From contig JBBSGZ010000003.1 in the NCBI GenBank assembly GCA_038253555.1, positions 13 to 64,012 of the forward strand: a stretch of 64,000 bases of DNA. The letters are read 5' to 3'. Each line of letters opens with the position of its first letter. Position 1 is the first letter of the stretch. The DNA comes from Thermoanaerobaculia bacterium (GTDB lineage Bacteria > Acidobacteriota > Thermoanaerobaculia > UBA5066 > Gp7-AA6). Of the stretch, positions 46,245-54,518 are shown in pieces. The notes beneath the pieces were generated by a model. The model did not search any database. It saw only the letters and a program-made list of their open reading frames with translations, and had not been told where the DNA came from. The translations under genes were made by a program, and so were the position numbers.

Positions 46245-47009
46245 TCACCGGTAAGTATCCCGCACCTGGTCGGCCACAAAAGCGACCTCCGTGCGGGACG
46301 CGTGGATCTCCGCAAACGGCGCCGCCTGAAAGACCCGCACCACCCCCAGCCGGATCAGCTCGAGACACGCCAGAAACGAGGTCACCGCTTCGGCGCGGAA
46401 ACGCATCGTTCCCAGGAACTCGAGGAGAGGCATGACGCCGAAGCTCTCGAGGCGGTCGACGAGCTCCGTCATCTTGTCGCCGACCGAGAACCGGAGATGG
46501 TGGATCTCCAGCGCCGGCGGGTGGGCGAGCCGGTAGCGGTCCGTGACCTGGCGGAACGTGTCGATCAGGTCGAAGAGGGAGACCTCCAGCGTCTCCCCGT
46601 CCGGCGATTTCGGGATCTCGGTTCGAGGCCGCGACCAGAGTCCCGCGCGGAGGGCATCGATCTCGTGAAACGACTCGGCCGCCTGTTTGTAGCGCTCGTA
46701 CTCGAGGAGCCTCCGCGCGAGATCCTGCCTCGGATCTTCCTCGGGCTCGCCGGGGGCGCGCGGCAGGAGCATGCGCGACTTGACGTAGATGAGCTCCGCG
46801 GCGAGCGCGATGTAGTCGGAGGCGATGTCGAGGTCGAGCTCGCGCATCGCGTCCAAGTACGCCGTGTACTGCTCGGTGATCTGCGCGATCGGTATGTCCG
46901 TGATGGAGACTTCGTTGACGCGGATCAGGTGGAGAAGGAGATCGAGGGGGCCGGAAAACGCGGGGATGGCGACGGGCGGCAGCGCCTCGCGGGAGGTCTC
47001 TTCGTTCAC
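46245..47009 (-). CDS. scpA: Segregation and condensation protein A
   Basis: The GTG at 47009 forms a GTGA overlap with the M50 protease stop. FSGPLDLLLHLI motif about 15 residues from that start. The 135 upstream codons of the track ORF were discarded. Confidence 0.85.
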   Translation of the reverse strand: MNEETSREALPPVAIPAFSGPLDLLLHLIRVNEVSITDIPIAQITEQYTAYLDAMRELDLDIASDYIALAAELIYVKSRMLLPRAPGEPEEDPRQDLARRLLEYERYKQAAESFHEIDALRAGLWSRPRTEIPKSPDGETLEVSLFDLIDTFRQVTDRYRLAHPPALEIHHLRFSVGDKMTELVDRLESFGVMPLLEFLGTMRFRAEAVTSFLACLELIRLGVVRVFQAAPFAEIHASRTEVAFVADQVRDTYR

Positions 47010-47728
47010 TGGAGGGCCTGGCCGATGACGCGGAAAAACACCCGGAGGACCGGGCTCATGATCCGCCCGAGAATTCCGGACGAAGAGAGAAGGATCAAAA
47101 TGAGAAACCCGAACCGGCCGAGCGCCTCGAAGAAGCGGCGCGTCGAAGGTCCCAGGATCGCCGCCAGCACCCAGCTCCCGTCGAGGGGCGGAATGGGGAT
47201 CAGGTTGAACACGCCGAGGCTGATGTTCACGATCACGAACTGGAAGAGAAGGTAGGTCAGGGGGGCCACAGCGCCCGCCGCGAACCGATGGCCGCGGAGC
47301 GCGTCGAAGAGGTCCGGCAGCGACTGGGGAAACATGGACTTGAACCCGACGAGGGCGGCGAGCCCGACGCAGGCCAGGAGCAGATTGGACAGCGGTCCGG
47401 CCGCCGAGACGCACAGGTCAGCGAGCCTCGGATTCTTCGTGCGGTCGAGACGGACCGGAGTCGGCTTCGCGTACCCGAAGATCAGGCCGGACGTGAAATA
47501 CAGAAGGATGGGAAGAACGATGCTTCCGATCGGGTCGATGTGGCGAATGGGATTCAGACTGATACGGCCGAGGTCCTTCGCCGTCGTGTCCCCGAACCGC
47601 AGTGCCGACCAGGCGTGCGCGGACTCGTGGAAGGAGATGGCGAAGAGAATGACGGCGAGCTGGATCGCGAAGTCGACGACCTTGAACGAAATGGAATCCA
47701 AGCGGAAGACTATAAGCCGGGAGCGCAA
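47006..47728 (-). CDS. Site-2 protease family (peptidase M50) membrane metalloprotease
   Basis: HESAHAW zinc motif in the first TM region. NPIRHIDPIGS and GPLSNLLLA motifs. Multiple TM helices. Confidence 0.8.
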   Translation of the reverse strand: MRSRLIVFRLDSISFKVVDFAIQLAVILFAISFHESAHAWSALRFGDTTAKDLGRISLNPIRHIDPIGSIVLPILLYFTSGLIFGYAKPTPVRLDRTKNPRLADLCVSAAGPLSNLLLACVGLAALVGFKSMFPQSLPDLFDALRGHRFAAGAVAPLTYLLFQFVIVNISLGVFNLIPIPPLDGSWVLAAILGPSTRRFFEALGRFGFLILILLSSSGILGRIMSPVLRVFFRVIGQALQ

Positions 47729-47824
47729 GAAACGGTCGTTCGACCGCCTGCGGGCCGTGACGTCGCAGACCGGGGGGTCGGTGCCCCCCCGGTCCCCCTT
47801 CCGGCCGCTGCGCGGGACCCCGGA

Positions 47825-50278
47825 TCAGAACGCCGCCGTGTCCGCCACGCTCGCGAGCTGTCCCGAAGGGTTCGAATACGTCTTCACCTGCCCGGTCTGA
47901 GTGTCCGTCACGGTGATCGTGTACTGGACGTCGGAAAGGGCGCCGTAGAAGACCCAGAACTTGTTGTTAAACGCCCGCCCGTCGACGACCTTGATGACGA
48001 GCTCCACGTTGTTCGAGGAGAAAAACCAGAAGTAGCCGGTGTCGCCGGTGAGCGCGACCGCCGTCCCCTGCCCGCTCGTCCCCTGCGAAGGCACCTGCCA
48101 GCGGACCTGGACGGTGAAGCGGCTCGCGTTGAGACACAGAGTCTGGGCATTCCCGGCGCAGGCCGCAAGGGCTTCCGCCGACTCGGCGCGCCGCGACGTC
48201 GAAGACTCCTTTTCCCCGGAAGGATCGGTCGCGGAAAGGCTGTCCTCCGCCGGCTGGTCCGGCGCCGCGACGAAAGCTGCCGTGGCTGGAGTCGCGGTGG
48301 CGCCCGCGAACGCGGCGGTGTCGGCGACGCTCGCCAGGTTGCCGCTCGGATTGACGTAGGACTTGATCGTTCCCGTCTGGGTGTCCGTCACCGTGATCGT
48401 GTACTGGACGTCCGAGAGAGCGCCGTAAAAGACCCAGAACTTGTTGTTGAAGGCGCGGCCGTCCACGACCTTGATGACGAGCTCGATGTTATTGCTCGAG
48501 AAGAACCAGAAGTAACCGGTGTCACCGGTCACCGGCACGGCGGTCGCGGCGCCGCTCGTTCCCTGCGACGGAACACTCCAGGAGGCCTGCACCCGGAACC
48601 GGCCCCCGGTCAGACAGAGGGCGGTCGCGCTCGCCGTGCACGGCAGCGTCGCCGCGCGAGAGACTGCGCCGAGAGCGTCGACCTTTCCGTACCCCCACGT
48701 TGTGTTCGGGACGGTTCCCGTGAACGCATCCGACTTCGCCGTCTGCTGCAGAATCTGCTTGACCTGCGCCGCATCGAGCGAGGGGTTCGCCTGGAGCATC
48801 AGGGCGATGATCCCGGTCACCGTGGGGGCCGCCGAGCTGACGGCGTTGGCGATGCCGTAGAGACCGTTCCCATCGCGAATCAGGTTGCCCCGGAAGGTTG
48901 CGTAGTACGATTTGGGGTTATAGGTCGTGACGAGGTTGGAACCGGGCGCGCTCACGTCGACCCCGAGCCGCCCATCGAACGTCGGCCCGATGCTGCTCCC
49001 CTTCCAGATCTCGCCCGGATTTCCTTCTCCGACCAGGCTTCTGGCAACTCCGTCGATGTCCGTCCACGTCGTCTTGTTGATGTAGGCGTTGGGAGAGATG
49101 TTGTTCCGCGCGGCGGCGACATCCCAGACGCTTCCCGCCTCCACGTTGGTGAGGAATCGGTTCGCGTTGAAAGGCGCGCGGATCATCGCCGGATTCAGGA
49201 TGGCGTGAAACCGCCCGGACGTGACGGTCGAGCCCGTGAGCGTCACCGTATAGGTCGCGGCGGGACCGGTCAGCCGGATGAAGATCTGGCGTTTTCCGGT
49301 CTGCGCGCCCCAGGAAGTCACCCCGGACCCCCGGTGGTCGTAGAAAAAGTCCGAGGTCTGCTGGGTGTTCAGGTCCAGGTTGGCGGCGGGCGACGTGTAG
49401 GGTCCAAACGTCCCCGACGGACCCTGAATCGTCACGTTCAAACGGTCGGTGTCGGGATACCACGCCTCGAAGGCGAGGGGGTTCGTGCCGTCGCCCTTCT
49501 GGATCTGAATTGCGACCGAGCCGGATTGCGGCACCGTCCCGCCTGCGCGATTGTCGACCCCTCCGTCGTCTCCCGGTCCGTTGACGAAGACCAGTCCCGG
49601 GATCCCCGGTCCGACCGTCGCGTCGACCTTCCGGGCCAGGTCGCTCGTCCCATCCGTCGGACCGCCCTGCGATCCCAGATTCAGAAGCATCACGGCGGGC
49701 TGGCCGAGCTCACGCGCCTTGTCTCGAACGAAATTGATGGCGAGTGGAATGCGCGCGGGCTGATAAAAGGCGGTCTCCGCGGCCTCGCCGTCGTGGGCGG
49801 GCACTCCGTCGGAGGTGACTTTGACGGCAATGATCGTGGCTTCGGGGGCGATCCCTCTGTACTTGCCGCCGGCGATGTTTCGCCCGTTCCCCGCCGCGAT
49901 TCCGGAGGTCGTCGTGCCGTGTCCGACCGCGTCACGGGTGGCGAGGGTCGTCCCGCTGGCGAGCGCCTGGTTGATCTGCGCCCGCGTGTAGATGGTTCCG
50001 AGAGCATACGTATTGCCGGGGGCGGTGGCTCCGCTGTCGTCGGTGAGGTCGAAAATGTAGGCGATGCGCGTCGTTCCGTCCTCGTTTCGGAAATCCGCGT
50101 TTTTCCAGTCGATTCCCCGATCGAGGAGAGCCACGATGACCCCGCGGCCCGTCACGCCGAACTGAGCGACGGCCGCGTCCACGCCCGTCTTCTGCCGCAC
50201 CTGGTCCATCGAAAAAGCCGGAGAGACCAGGAGGCACGAGGACAGCGCGAGAAAGAGGATCCGGCGGAGGTTTTTCAC
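47825..50278 (-). CDS. Secreted subtilisin-like serine protease (peptidase S8) with duplicated C-terminal module
   Basis: GTG at 50278 with AAGGA about 8 nt upstream, giving the signal peptide VKNLRRILFLALSSCLLVSPAFS. Catalytic contexts ALLDRGID, HGTTTSGIAAG, VSSAAPTVTG. Two 104-aa C-terminal repeats. Confidence 0.85.
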   Translation of the reverse strand: MKNLRRILFLALSSCLLVSPAFSMDQVRQKTGVDAAVAQFGVTGRGVIVALLDRGIDWKNADFRNEDGTTRIAYIFDLTDDSGATAPGNTYALGTIYTRAQINQALASGTTLATRDAVGHGTTTSGIAAGNGRNIAGGKYRGIAPEATIIAVKVTSDGVPAHDGEAAETAFYQPARIPLAINFVRDKARELGQPAVMLLNLGSQGGPTDGTSDLARKVDATVGPGIPGLVFVNGPGDDGGVDNRAGGTVPQSGSVAIQIQKGDGTNPLAFEAWYPDTDRLNVTIQGPSGTFGPYTSPAANLDLNTQQTSDFFYDHRGSGVTSWGAQTGKRQIFIRLTGPAATYTVTLTGSTVTSGRFHAILNPAMIRAPFNANRFLTNVEAGSVWDVAAARNNISPNAYINKTTWTDIDGVARSLVGEGNPGEIWKGSSIGPTFDGRLGVDVSAPGSNLVTTYNPKSYYATFRGNLIRDGNGLYGIANAVSSAAPTVTGIIALMLQANPSLDAAQVKQILQQTAKSDAFTGTVPNTTWGYGKVDALGAVSRAATLPCTASATALCLTGGRFRVQASWSVPSQGTSGAATAVPVTGDTGYFWFFSSNNIELVIKVVDGRAFNNKFWVFYGALSDVQYTITVTDTQTGTIKSYVNPSGNLASVADTAAFAGATATPATAAFVAAPDQPAEDSLSATDPSGEKESSTSRRAESAEALAACAGNAQTLCLNASRFTVQVRWQVPSQGTSGQGTAVALTGDTGYFWFFSSNNVELVIKVVDGRAFNNKFWVFYGALSDVQYTITVTDTQTGQVKTYSNPSGQLASVADTAAF
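47828..48139 (-). repeat. C-terminal module of the S8 protease, copy 2 (coding repeat)
   Basis: 87 of 104 residues are identical to the copy at 48308-48619 (my count). Long identical DNA runs, e.g. gacccagaacttgttgtt and ccttgatgacgagctc. Confidence 0.9.
48308..48619 (-). repeat. C-terminal module of the S8 protease, copy 1 (coding repeat)
   Basis: See 47828-48139. The 480-nt period includes a 56-aa Ala/Ser/Glu-rich linker. Confidence 0.9.
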
Positions 50279-50438
50279 GAAAAATTCCTTTTTACCGCGT
50301 GGCGCGGAACGTCTGATGGGAACGAGCAGCGATGGCTGAGGTGCGGTGACGGGAGTCGTCTCAGGATGGATCGAATGTCGGGAAACTATCATGTCGGACC
50401 GTCGGAAACCGGGCGATGGACGCGCCGCGATCGGCGAT

Positions 50439-51089
50439 TCAGGACTTTTTCCCGGCCCTGCTTTCGTCTTTCGGAAGGTCGGCAAGGCCGAGCGTTCTCC
50501 GCACTGCGCGGAAGTACTGCACCGGTTCCTCCCGCCAGGCTTTCTCCTGCGCCCAGGCCGGAAACTTTCCTCCGAGATCTCCCAGATAGGTGTACGTCAG
50601 CCGGCAGGAGTCGGCGCCGGCGGGTTCGACGCGCGTTTCCCCGGAGACGCGCTCGATCGGCGTGCCTTCGCGTTTGTCCCCGGGCCGCGCGTCCGATTTC
50701 CAGGACAGCAGGTACGCGCCGCCTCCGAACTCCTCGATCCGATACCGTACGACGGCGTCCCGGTTCGTGTAGGGAAACGGGTAAGGCCACACGAAATGAA
50801 TCCGCGCCGAGGCACGGTCTGCCTCGAGGATGTCGGCTTTTTTCACCGCGGGAGAGAAGAGCTCCCGATAGTGCGGGAAGTCAGACAGGGCGGCGGCGAC
50901 CCTGGACGCGGGGGCCGGAATCTCCCCGCTGCTTCGGAGCCAGGGCGGGCCGGCCGGCGAACGGGCGATCCGGACCTCGACGCCTCGGGATGTGAACCAG
51001 GGGACGAACTCGACGTCCGCTGGAGCGGCTCCCCCAAGGGCGAGGACGACGGCCGCGAGAGCGAAGTCGGACAGGACGCGGCTCTTCAT
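50439..51089 (-). CDS. Secreted START/SRPBCC-like (helix-grip, lipid-binding type) protein
   Basis: ATG at 51089 (ATGA overlap). Signal peptide MKSRVLSDFALAAVVLALGGAAPA. START-like landmarks PYPFPYTNRDAVV, ERVSGETRVEP, LGDLGGKFPAWAQEK. Confidence 0.6.
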   Translation of the reverse strand: MKSRVLSDFALAAVVLALGGAAPADVEFVPWFTSRGVEVRIARSPAGPPWLRSSGEIPAPASRVAAALSDFPHYRELFSPAVKKADILEADRASARIHFVWPYPFPYTNRDAVVRYRIEEFGGGAYLLSWKSDARPGDKREGTPIERVSGETRVEPAGADSCRLTYTYLGDLGGKFPAWAQEKAWREEPVQYFRAVRRTLGLADLPKDESRAGKKS

Positions 51090-51556
51090 GCCGGCCTCGA
51101 GGCGGGAGACCTCGGCGTCACGAGCACGAGGGCGCCGCACAGGGCGGAAAGGATCAGGTCTTCGATCACGGTCGACCAGCCGAGGGGCCTCGGGAGGAAA
51201 ACGCCGAAGCAGCCGCAGTTGGCGAGCCGAAGGCCCCGGAGGATCGCCGAAGCCGACCAGGCGGCGTACCCGAGATGCATCCCGAGCGCCGCGACGGCCG
51301 CCGCAAACGGACGCCGCCCGACCACCAGCCAGATGGCCAGCGCGAGCTCCGCGGCGGGGACGAGGACCGCCAGAGGAAGGAGCAGCCCGTCGGGAAAGGC
51401 GTGGTAGGTGGCGAGGACCCGGGCGAAGCCCGGAACATCCAGGAACTTACCGACCGCCGTGACGAAGAGGATGAATGCGATGAGCGCGCGAAGAATGTTT
51501 CCAGTCCTTCGTTTCCCCGGGCCCGACTCCCGATTCCCGCCCGCGCGTCCCGTCAC
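51086..51556 (-). CDS. MauE/DoxX-like membrane protein
   Basis: Four hydrophobic helices and the NCGCFG motif characteristic of MauE-type proteins. GTGA overlap with the upstream stop. Confidence 0.65.
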   Translation of the reverse strand: MTGRAGGNRESGPGKRRTGNILRALIAFILFVTAVGKFLDVPGFARVLATYHAFPDGLLLPLAVLVPAAELALAIWLVVGRRPFAAAVAALGMHLGYAAWSASAILRGLRLANCGCFGVFLPRPLGWSTVIEDLILSALCGALVLVTPRSPASRPA

Positions 51557-52335
51557 CTCTGGTTCAGGGTCCAGTCGTAGGGAATGAACTCGACCTTCGC
51601 GCCCTCCGGGATCTTCGCTTCGCGGTACCTGTTCGCGTAGGCGACGAGCGACGGCGATTTCTTCAGAAAGTCCTCCGTGTAGAACTGGAGGATCTGCGAG
51701 AAACGAACGTTCCGCGTGTCCGCCGCCACCTGCACGTTGCGGTCCTCATTCAAAAAGTACTGCGCCGTCGCCTCGAGCTCCATTTCGAGCTGGTCGGCCC
51801 GGAACGGCTCCCGCGGAAGGCGAGGACAGCCCCGCACCATGCAGTTCAACGCGAAGTGCACCCGCGGGTCTCCCATCGGACGAACGACCTTGTTCTCGAG
51901 GTCGTACAGCGACATCTTCTCGCCGCCGACAGCCAGCTTGTTTCGGTAGAAGAACCGGACCTTGACGGCGTTCAAGTCCTTCGGCTGCCCGGACTCGATC
52001 ACGTTGTACATCGCGAGCGCGTTATAGGCGTTCAGGTAATACGCCAGCTTCGATTCCTTCGTCGGGAAGGACGCGGGCGTAGTCGCGGGGCTCACCCGCC
52101 CGATCCAGGCCACGTACGCGTCCAGATCCGCGCGGTCTTTCGCGATACCCGCGAAGTCGATCCGTCCCGTCTCGTCGACGTACTTCGAAAGGACTCGCGC
52201 CCACGTCCGATCCGCTTCGGCAGGCGTCGCTGCCGCCGCGGGCCCGGTGGAAGCGCCCCGCGGCGCCGCGACGTTGACCGCGCAGGATGCGGCGAAAACG
52301 AGAATGAGCGGGAAAAGGGGCGCGATTTTTCTCAT
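51553..52335 (-). CDS. DUF547-family protein, probable lipoprotein
   Basis: ATG at 52335 (ATGA overlap). Signal MRKIAPLFPLILVFAASC. DUF547-like core (AYYLNAYNALAMYNV..., DPRVHFALNCMVRGCPRL). Confidence 0.7.
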   Translation of the reverse strand: MRKIAPLFPLILVFAASCAVNVAAPRGASTGPAAAATPAEADRTWARVLSKYVDETGRIDFAGIAKDRADLDAYVAWIGRVSPATTPASFPTKESKLAYYLNAYNALAMYNVIESGQPKDLNAVKVRFFYRNKLAVGGEKMSLYDLENKVVRPMGDPRVHFALNCMVRGCPRLPREPFRADQLEMELEATAQYFLNEDRNVQVAADTRNVRFSQILQFYTEDFLKKSPSLVAYANRYREAKIPEGAKVEFIPYDWTLNQR

Positions 52336-53627
52336 GCGAGCTGTTTTCCTCCGAGCGGACGCCCCGGAAGAACCGGCAGGGTCGCTCCCGACAGGGGATT
52401 CCAGAGGCCCTCCCCCGCTTCGGTCGAGACAGAGAGAGGCTTCAGGATGAACTCGTCCCGCTTCGCGTTGTGAGCGCACATCGAGACGGGGCCGTTCGCG
52501 GTCATCACCATGAAGGAGCAGGCGTGGATTCGGTCGGCCTCGAGGGCCGTCGCGTCCATGAAGTTCTGGACGAAAAAGGAGAGCTTGTGCACCCGGCCGC
52601 TCGAGGCGAGGAGATCCCGCCGCATGTTCCACAGCTTGCGTCCGGCAAACCGCAGCGCCTGCCAGGCAAAGCCCGGCTGGCGGCGGACCTCGGAGAGGAG
52701 AGCGGAGACGGCGCGGCGAGGTTCCCGGCGGTCGAGCATCACGTGCTGGAAATCAGCCAGGAACCGGTTGAAGAACTCGGGATCGTCGTTCAAGTCATAC
52801 AGGTTGCCGTTGGCTTCGAGCGTGATTCCGATGCGGTGACAGCCCGGATGCCCGATTAAGATCGTGTCCCAGGAGATCGGGATCTCCGCTCCGCTCACGA
52901 TCTGTTCCCGCACCGTCTGAAGCGAGATCACGCGATCTCGTTCCCGCAGGACGCCGCGGCCGGTGTCCGCCTGCAGCTGGAAGGAGGCCATGCCGACGAC
53001 GTCGGCGTGCCGGCGGAAGAACCGGACCATGTCGGGGATCTCGTCGAAGTTCTCGCGGCACACGGTCGTATTGAAGATCACCGCGATCGGGATCCCCCGG
53101 GCGCGTTCGATGTACTCCTCGCGGATAGGGTTCAAGTCCGCTTCGGTCCGGTAGCCCTTGCGCTCCTGGGTGACGTCCACGTGGAAGGCGACGTCGTTCA
53201 AACCGGCCGCCGCGAGCTCTTCGAGCATGTCCCGCGTCGCCTTGATCCCGTTGGTCATCAGCGTCGGCAGGAGCCCCTTTTCGCTTGTATAGCGCACGAT
53301 TTCGACGAGCTCTTCGCGCTTGCGCAGGGTCGGATCGCCTCCGGTGATCTGCACGGCGGTGGGGGCCCCGTACTGCTCGGAGATCCGGTCGATCCGCCGG
53401 AGGACCTCCTGGAGGGGGATGTCTTTGACCCGCTCGGAGTTTTCGGACAGGTAGCAGAGAGTGCAATCCAGATTGCACCGCTGCGTGATCTCGAGGGCCA
53501 CGCATCCGATGGAGTTCCTGCGGCCCAGCACCTGATTCGCCTGGAACAGCGGCCCCATTCTTTTGCGGGCCCTGTCCAGGGCGGCCGAACGGGTTTCTCT
53601 CGGAGAAGGAAGAGGAAGGGCGCTCAT
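52332..53627 (-). CDS. Radical SAM enzyme with an atypical C-terminal domain
   Basis: AGGAGG 5 nt upstream of the ATG. CNLDCTLC cluster motif, ITGGDPTL. About 200-aa C-terminal extension ending in FMDATALEADRIHACSFMVMTANGPVSMCAHN. Confidence 0.85.
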   Translation of the reverse strand: MSALPLPSPRETRSAALDRARKRMGPLFQANQVLGRRNSIGCVALEITQRCNLDCTLCYLSENSERVKDIPLQEVLRRIDRISEQYGAPTAVQITGGDPTLRKREELVEIVRYTSEKGLLPTLMTNGIKATRDMLEELAAAGLNDVAFHVDVTQERKGYRTEADLNPIREEYIERARGIPIAVIFNTTVCRENFDEIPDMVRFFRRHADVVGMASFQLQADTGRGVLRERDRVISLQTVREQIVSGAEIPISWDTILIGHPGCHRIGITLEANGNLYDLNDDPEFFNRFLADFQHVMLDRREPRRAVSALLSEVRRQPGFAWQALRFAGRKLWNMRRDLLASSGRVHKLSFFVQNFMDATALEADRIHACSFMVMTANGPVSMCAHNAKRDEFILKPLSVSTEAGEGLWNPLSGATLPVLPGRPLGGKQLA

Positions 53628-53918
53628 CAGGCCTCCTGAACAGGTCCGCCGGCCGTCGATTGACCGGGACCGAAAACTTTTCGTACATCATACGGTGGAA
53701 CATTCCGATACGGATGTCTTCCGTCGCTTCCTCGACTGCCCGCCCCGCCGTGGCCGTCCCGTGAAAGCCGGGCGCCATTTCGCCGGCTATCCTCGCCCCA
53801 AAAGCGCCTCGGGGAAGGGCGATCCGGAGAGGATGGAGAGGCCGGCAAGAGCGCCGGATCTCTCACCCTGCCCGTCCCCCGGCGGGGCGAAACCTTTTCT
53901 CCCTCCCGCCGTCTCCCC

Positions 53919-54518
53919 TTGTGCCGTGCCGGACCGGGCTTGATCGAAAAAACCGCGGGAACGGACGATCGCCACCTGATCGAACGTATCCGGCTGGGCG
54001 ATCCAGACGGCGCCGGCGAGCTCTTCGAGAAGTATTCCGGCGCACTGCTGCGCTTTGCGGACCGGCTTCTGTCCGATCGGGCCATGGCGGAGGAAGTCAC
54101 TCAGGAGGTTTTCGTCAAAGTGATCACGCGGGCGCACCAATACGACGGCCGGGCGGAGGTCTCCTCCTGGCTCTTCGCGATCGCGGCGAACGCGTGCAGA
54201 GACCGCCGTCGACGGGACCGCCGGGCGAACGTGGTGCCCCTCGAGGCGGTGCCCGAACCGACGTCGAAGGGCGAGGGCATCGAAGCCCGCCTGCTGAGCC
54301 GCGAGCGCCGCGCCGCCGTGCGCGAAGCGTTGAGCGCTCTTTCGGCCGAACAGCGGGAAGCGCTCGTTCTCGCCCGCTACCACGGGCTCCCCTATTCCGA
54401 GATTGCGGGCGTGCTCGGCATCTCGGTCGGAGCCGTCAAAACCCGCATCTTCCGGGCCGTCGAAACCCTGAAGGCCCGTTTCCACGAAGGAGAAGCCGCA
54501 TGGAATGCCGCGAACTGA
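53919..54518 (+). CDS. ECF-type RNA polymerase sigma factor
   Basis: Sigma-70 region 2 (AEEVTQEVFVKV, SSWLFAIAANACRD) and region 4 HTH (LPYSEIAGVLGISVGAVKTRIFRA). TTG start at 53919 or 53940. Confidence 0.85.
   Translation: MCRAGPGLIEKTAGTDDRHLIERIRLGDPDGAGELFEKYSGALLRFADRLLSDRAMAEEVTQEVFVKVITRAHQYDGRAEVSSWLFAIAANACRDRRRRDRRANVVPLEAVPEPTSKGEGIEARLLSRERRAAVREALSALSAEQREALVLARYHGLPYSEIAGVLGISVGAVKTRIFRAVETLKARFHEGEAAWNAAN

Noticed and set aside
47288-50995. 1235-aa plus-strand ORF, the longest in the track
   Set aside because: It is antisense to the S8 protease, START-like and M50 genes. The translation is dominated by Arg/Gly/Pro/Asp with no recognisable motifs. This is a typical stop-codon-poor shadow frame in GC-rich DNA.
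53697-53725. ECF-type promoter look-alike GGAAC...CGTC upstream of the ECF sigma gene
   Set aside because: The spacer between GGAAC and CGTC is 20 nt, versus the usual 16-17. It lies about 190 nt from the start codon. That is not enough to call.
52795-53778. Alternative-frame ORF beginning MFHRMMYEKFSVPVNRR just upstream of the radical-SAM gene, considered as a possible RiPP precursor or leader peptide
   Set aside because: It runs for more than 300 codons through the radical-SAM coding region in another frame, with junk composition. I found no short stand-alone peptide ORF with an SD near the rSAM or the protease. The RiPP idea is therefore unsupported.
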